NCBI GenBank assembly: GCA_951406725.2
Contig: OX597824.1
Coordinates: 59,644,001-59,708,000 of the forward strand
DNA: 64,000 bases
Source: Octopus vulgaris
Taxonomy: Eukaryota
Direction of reading: 5' to 3'
Below are positions 58,090-64,000 of this stretch, one piece after another. The notes below the pieces were generated by a model that was not told the origin of the DNA, ran no database searches, and worked only from the letters and a program-made list of their open reading frames with translations. Position 1 is the first letter of the stretch, and each line of letters opens with the position of its first letter. Made by a program: the position numbers and the translations under genes.

Positions 58090-59330
58090 AACAATAGTAA
58101 CATCAACGGTGAAGGGTTAGGCTGGACAATAATAGTAATCAACCTGCTTCTCCCGCAACAGACATTCAGAGAACATGCAACAGCAACAACATCCCTTATC
58201 ACCACCAACAGCATTGTTCAGTCTCAGCGAAATAGTTTAACTGCTAGAAAACAAAAGCAGTCATATAACTTTCTCGAGCAAGGAGTTTCAAAATATATTT
58301 AATTCTCTGAAAGTGGGGCAGGAAAATATACTGCGGCAGGTTCAAGACATTAACTCTAGAAACGGACCTTTTAAAATGGACATAAAAAGAGCCTTCTAAA
58401 ATAGAACGGGAAGAAATAAATGAAATAACTATCTAAAGTATATTGAATCAGAAACCACGTGTCAGCAATAAGATTGCTTGCTTACCACAAGGGGCGGGGG
58501 CTGCACAATAAAGGCAAAGGTAAACATTCAGTGCCTAGTTGTCTCGCAGTTTGCCGTAGTTATGAAGTGCAACACGATCAACAAAATCATGAAACACCAG
58601 GAACAGTTAAAAGATAAACTAGGAAAGCAGACTGGTGGCTCAAAAGCTAAAACCTTAAATTCCAAACTCCATCAGCCAAAACAAGAACTAACAGCAACAG
58701 CTGAGAAACTGAAGTATAAATTCTGCAGATTATAAAAAGAAAACCGAATAGGTTGTTCGAGACCCCAAATCAGTCTATCGTAATTTCAACAAAATAAAAT
58801 ATCGGTAAGAAACATCCCATCAACAGAACAAGTGAGAAGTTACTGGAATCAATTTGGGAAAAGAATGATGAACTCAACGGAAAAAACTGAATGGATAGAA
58901 GAATTAGAACAGGGATACTGCAAACATGTTAAACAAAAACTGTTCGAAATCGACAGTGCAGTGTTAGAAACAATTGCGTGAAGGATACCAAATAGGAAAT
59001 TCTCAGGCCCGGGATTTATTTCAGGATATTGATTTTTAAAAAAATCTCAACTTCTATCGGCGAGATTCAATACGACCTTTGGAGAAGAGTATTAAGGGCA
59101 CGTTAAACACATCCAAATGGCTTCCAAGTACCACCACCCTTCTCATCCCACAAAATAACCAAACAACCGTATCTAAAAATTACCGCCCAATAGCCTATCA
59201 AAATACTGGCTGCTTCAACTTGTTTCTACGAGGCCATTGTGCCACTAACAATGTTGTAACCCTAGAGCATAGCGGTAGGGGCGAGAAGAAAGGAAGTATG
59301 AGGATGTTTTGAGCAACTACTAGTTAGAAA
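58090..59330 (+). mobile_element. Very decayed RLE-type LINE 5'/RT fragment
   Basis: 'TTLLIP...KNYRPIA' in ORF 59079-59312. Confidence 0.55.
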
Positions 59331-59727
59331 AATGATGCAAAGGAAAACGTAATATTTCTGCGGGGAAAACTACAAATATCTGGACAGTACCTTACCTATG
59401 ATTATTTAACTGATTTCTACAGAACGAAGTGTAAATTCGACATTGATTTAAGAGAGATCATTCTGTCGGTTACAAAGACCACACAAGAATAAGAAGCAAC
59501 AGGTTGCAAAACCCAATATTAAATATATTATTATAAAAACACAAAAGGAAGTCCATGGATGGAACATCATTGAGCATACTTGGAAAAGGCTGAATTGTGG
59601 CAAAACAAGAACAGCTCTGCTATCAGCTGCCTCAACCACAAATGACCACCCTTCTTGAACAAAATATTTCTGACATCAAAATTAAATGCTAAATTCAAAT
59701 AAACAAGTCTTATAAATCACTACTTAC

Positions 59728-59869
59728 CCAGGAAGACGATTTGTAGCAAAGAAAAACTTTCCACCATCGTAGGCCACATTATTAGTAATGTTTGAAGAAT
59801 TTGATATTTACCAAATTGTTTCAAATCAACACAGAGACCATCAAGATCATATTCCTTTTTCTGTGACAT
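59728..59869 (-). CDS. SLC22-family organic cation/anion transporter, coding exon 1 (MSQKKEYDLDGLCVDLKQFGKYQILQTLLIMWPTMVESFSLLQIVFL-G)
   Basis: ATG at 59869; N-terminal 'FGKYQ' motif plus TM1, typical of SLC22; GTAAGT donor after 59728, phase 1, matching the next exon. Confidence 0.88.
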
Positions 59870-60354
59870 CTTTGTTCGAAAGTTTTTTATCAAAGTTTTT
59901 TCAGCATGCGCGTATATATATATATATATATATATCACGGTATCGACCAGAGTTTCGGATATTGCTAGATAGCGCTGGTCACAATGCGATTAGTTGTGTA
60001 TTAATTTTCAAATGATACCACTATTTTAGCTTGGCAGGCTGGCCAACATTTCGCCTGAATGGAGCACCAATCAATCACAAGTTTGCCAATTTACAGCTGT
60101 GCAGCTGAGTGAACTGAAGCAACGTGAAATGAAATGTTTTGCTCACGAACACAAGTCACTGCCGGTTTGGAAATCGAAAATACGAGCTTATGAGCGTGGA
60201 TGTGAAATCCTAACCACTATACCACGTGTCTTTATTCACTAATACATTCACAATTTAGATATACAGAGTCAAGATATGTGTATTCACGTCATAGTCCGGT
60301 TTCAGCATCGACCCAGATAAGACAGCAAATTATGCAAATGAATTATGATAATAG

Positions 60355-60544
60355 CAGGCTTCTAATTTTGGAACAAGGACAGTAAGCTTTAGGGGCGGGG
60401 GAGTTGATTACATCAATTATTTGATTTTTAATTTATCGACCCCCAAAAAGATGAAAGGCAAAGTTGACTTTGGCAGCATTTTGAACATAAAGAGCCGGAA
60501 GAAATGTCACTGAGCATTTTGGTCTAAGTACTAATAATTCTGTC

Positions 60545-60628
<84 letters not shown>

Positions 60629-60639
60629 TAATAATAATG

Positions 60640-60680
<41 letters not shown>

Positions 60681-60954
60681 CTTACTGCTATAGGCGAAAG
60701 GCCTGAATTTTGGTGGTTGGGGTAGTGGGGCGGGATAGTCGATTACACCGATCCCAGTAGTCAACAGACACTCATGTCAACGACCCCGAAAGGATGAAAG
60801 GTAAATTTGATCTCGGCGATATTTGAACGTTAAGTCGAAAGAAATGCCGCGAAGCACTTTGTCTTGCCACCTTATATAATGATGATGACGGAATTTGAAC
60901 ACAGAACGTAACGGCTGGCGAAATAACGCTAAGTATTTCTGCCATCTCACCACC

Positions 60955-60956
<2 letters not shown>
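60355..60956 (-). mobile_element. SINE family A fragments interspersed with (TAA)n
   Basis: Family A blocks at ~60400-60540 and ~60735-60956. Confidence 0.7.

Positions 60957-64000
<3,044 letters not shown>

Noticed and set aside
59870-60350. SLC22 promoter
   Set aside because: No diagnostic core promoter elements beyond a (TA)n run; an upstream non-coding exon cannot be excluded.

Overview
Eukaryotic, repeat-saturated genomic DNA; the SINE families, microsatellite load and gene style suggest a coleoid cephalopod, probably Octopus (inference). The only host gene is a minus-strand SLC22-family (MFS organic cation/anion) transporter. Its first five coding exons (59869-59728, 41226-41030, 36220-35990, 5181-4979, 331-23) splice in frame, and the gene continues off the left edge. 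The rest is intron or upstream DNA filled with mobile elements. Intron 3 holds a ~28 kb head-to-tail stack of R4/Dong-type (RT + restriction-like endonuclease) retrotransposons, most ending in and inserted into (TAA)n. The stack includes one nearly intact copy and a 4.25 kb almost pure (TAA)n tract preceded by a 23-nt LINE 3' end. Also present: oppositely oriented Tx1-type LINEs, mariner and Tc1 relics, a decayed autonomous Helitron plus a non-autonomous one, two abundant tRNA-derived SINE families, and Penelope-like relics. Several foldback structures carry type I hammerhead ribozyme motifs. The best one (53723-53854) has an unusually long stem II, and an inverted copy of its downstream sequence begins exactly at its predicted cleavage triplet.
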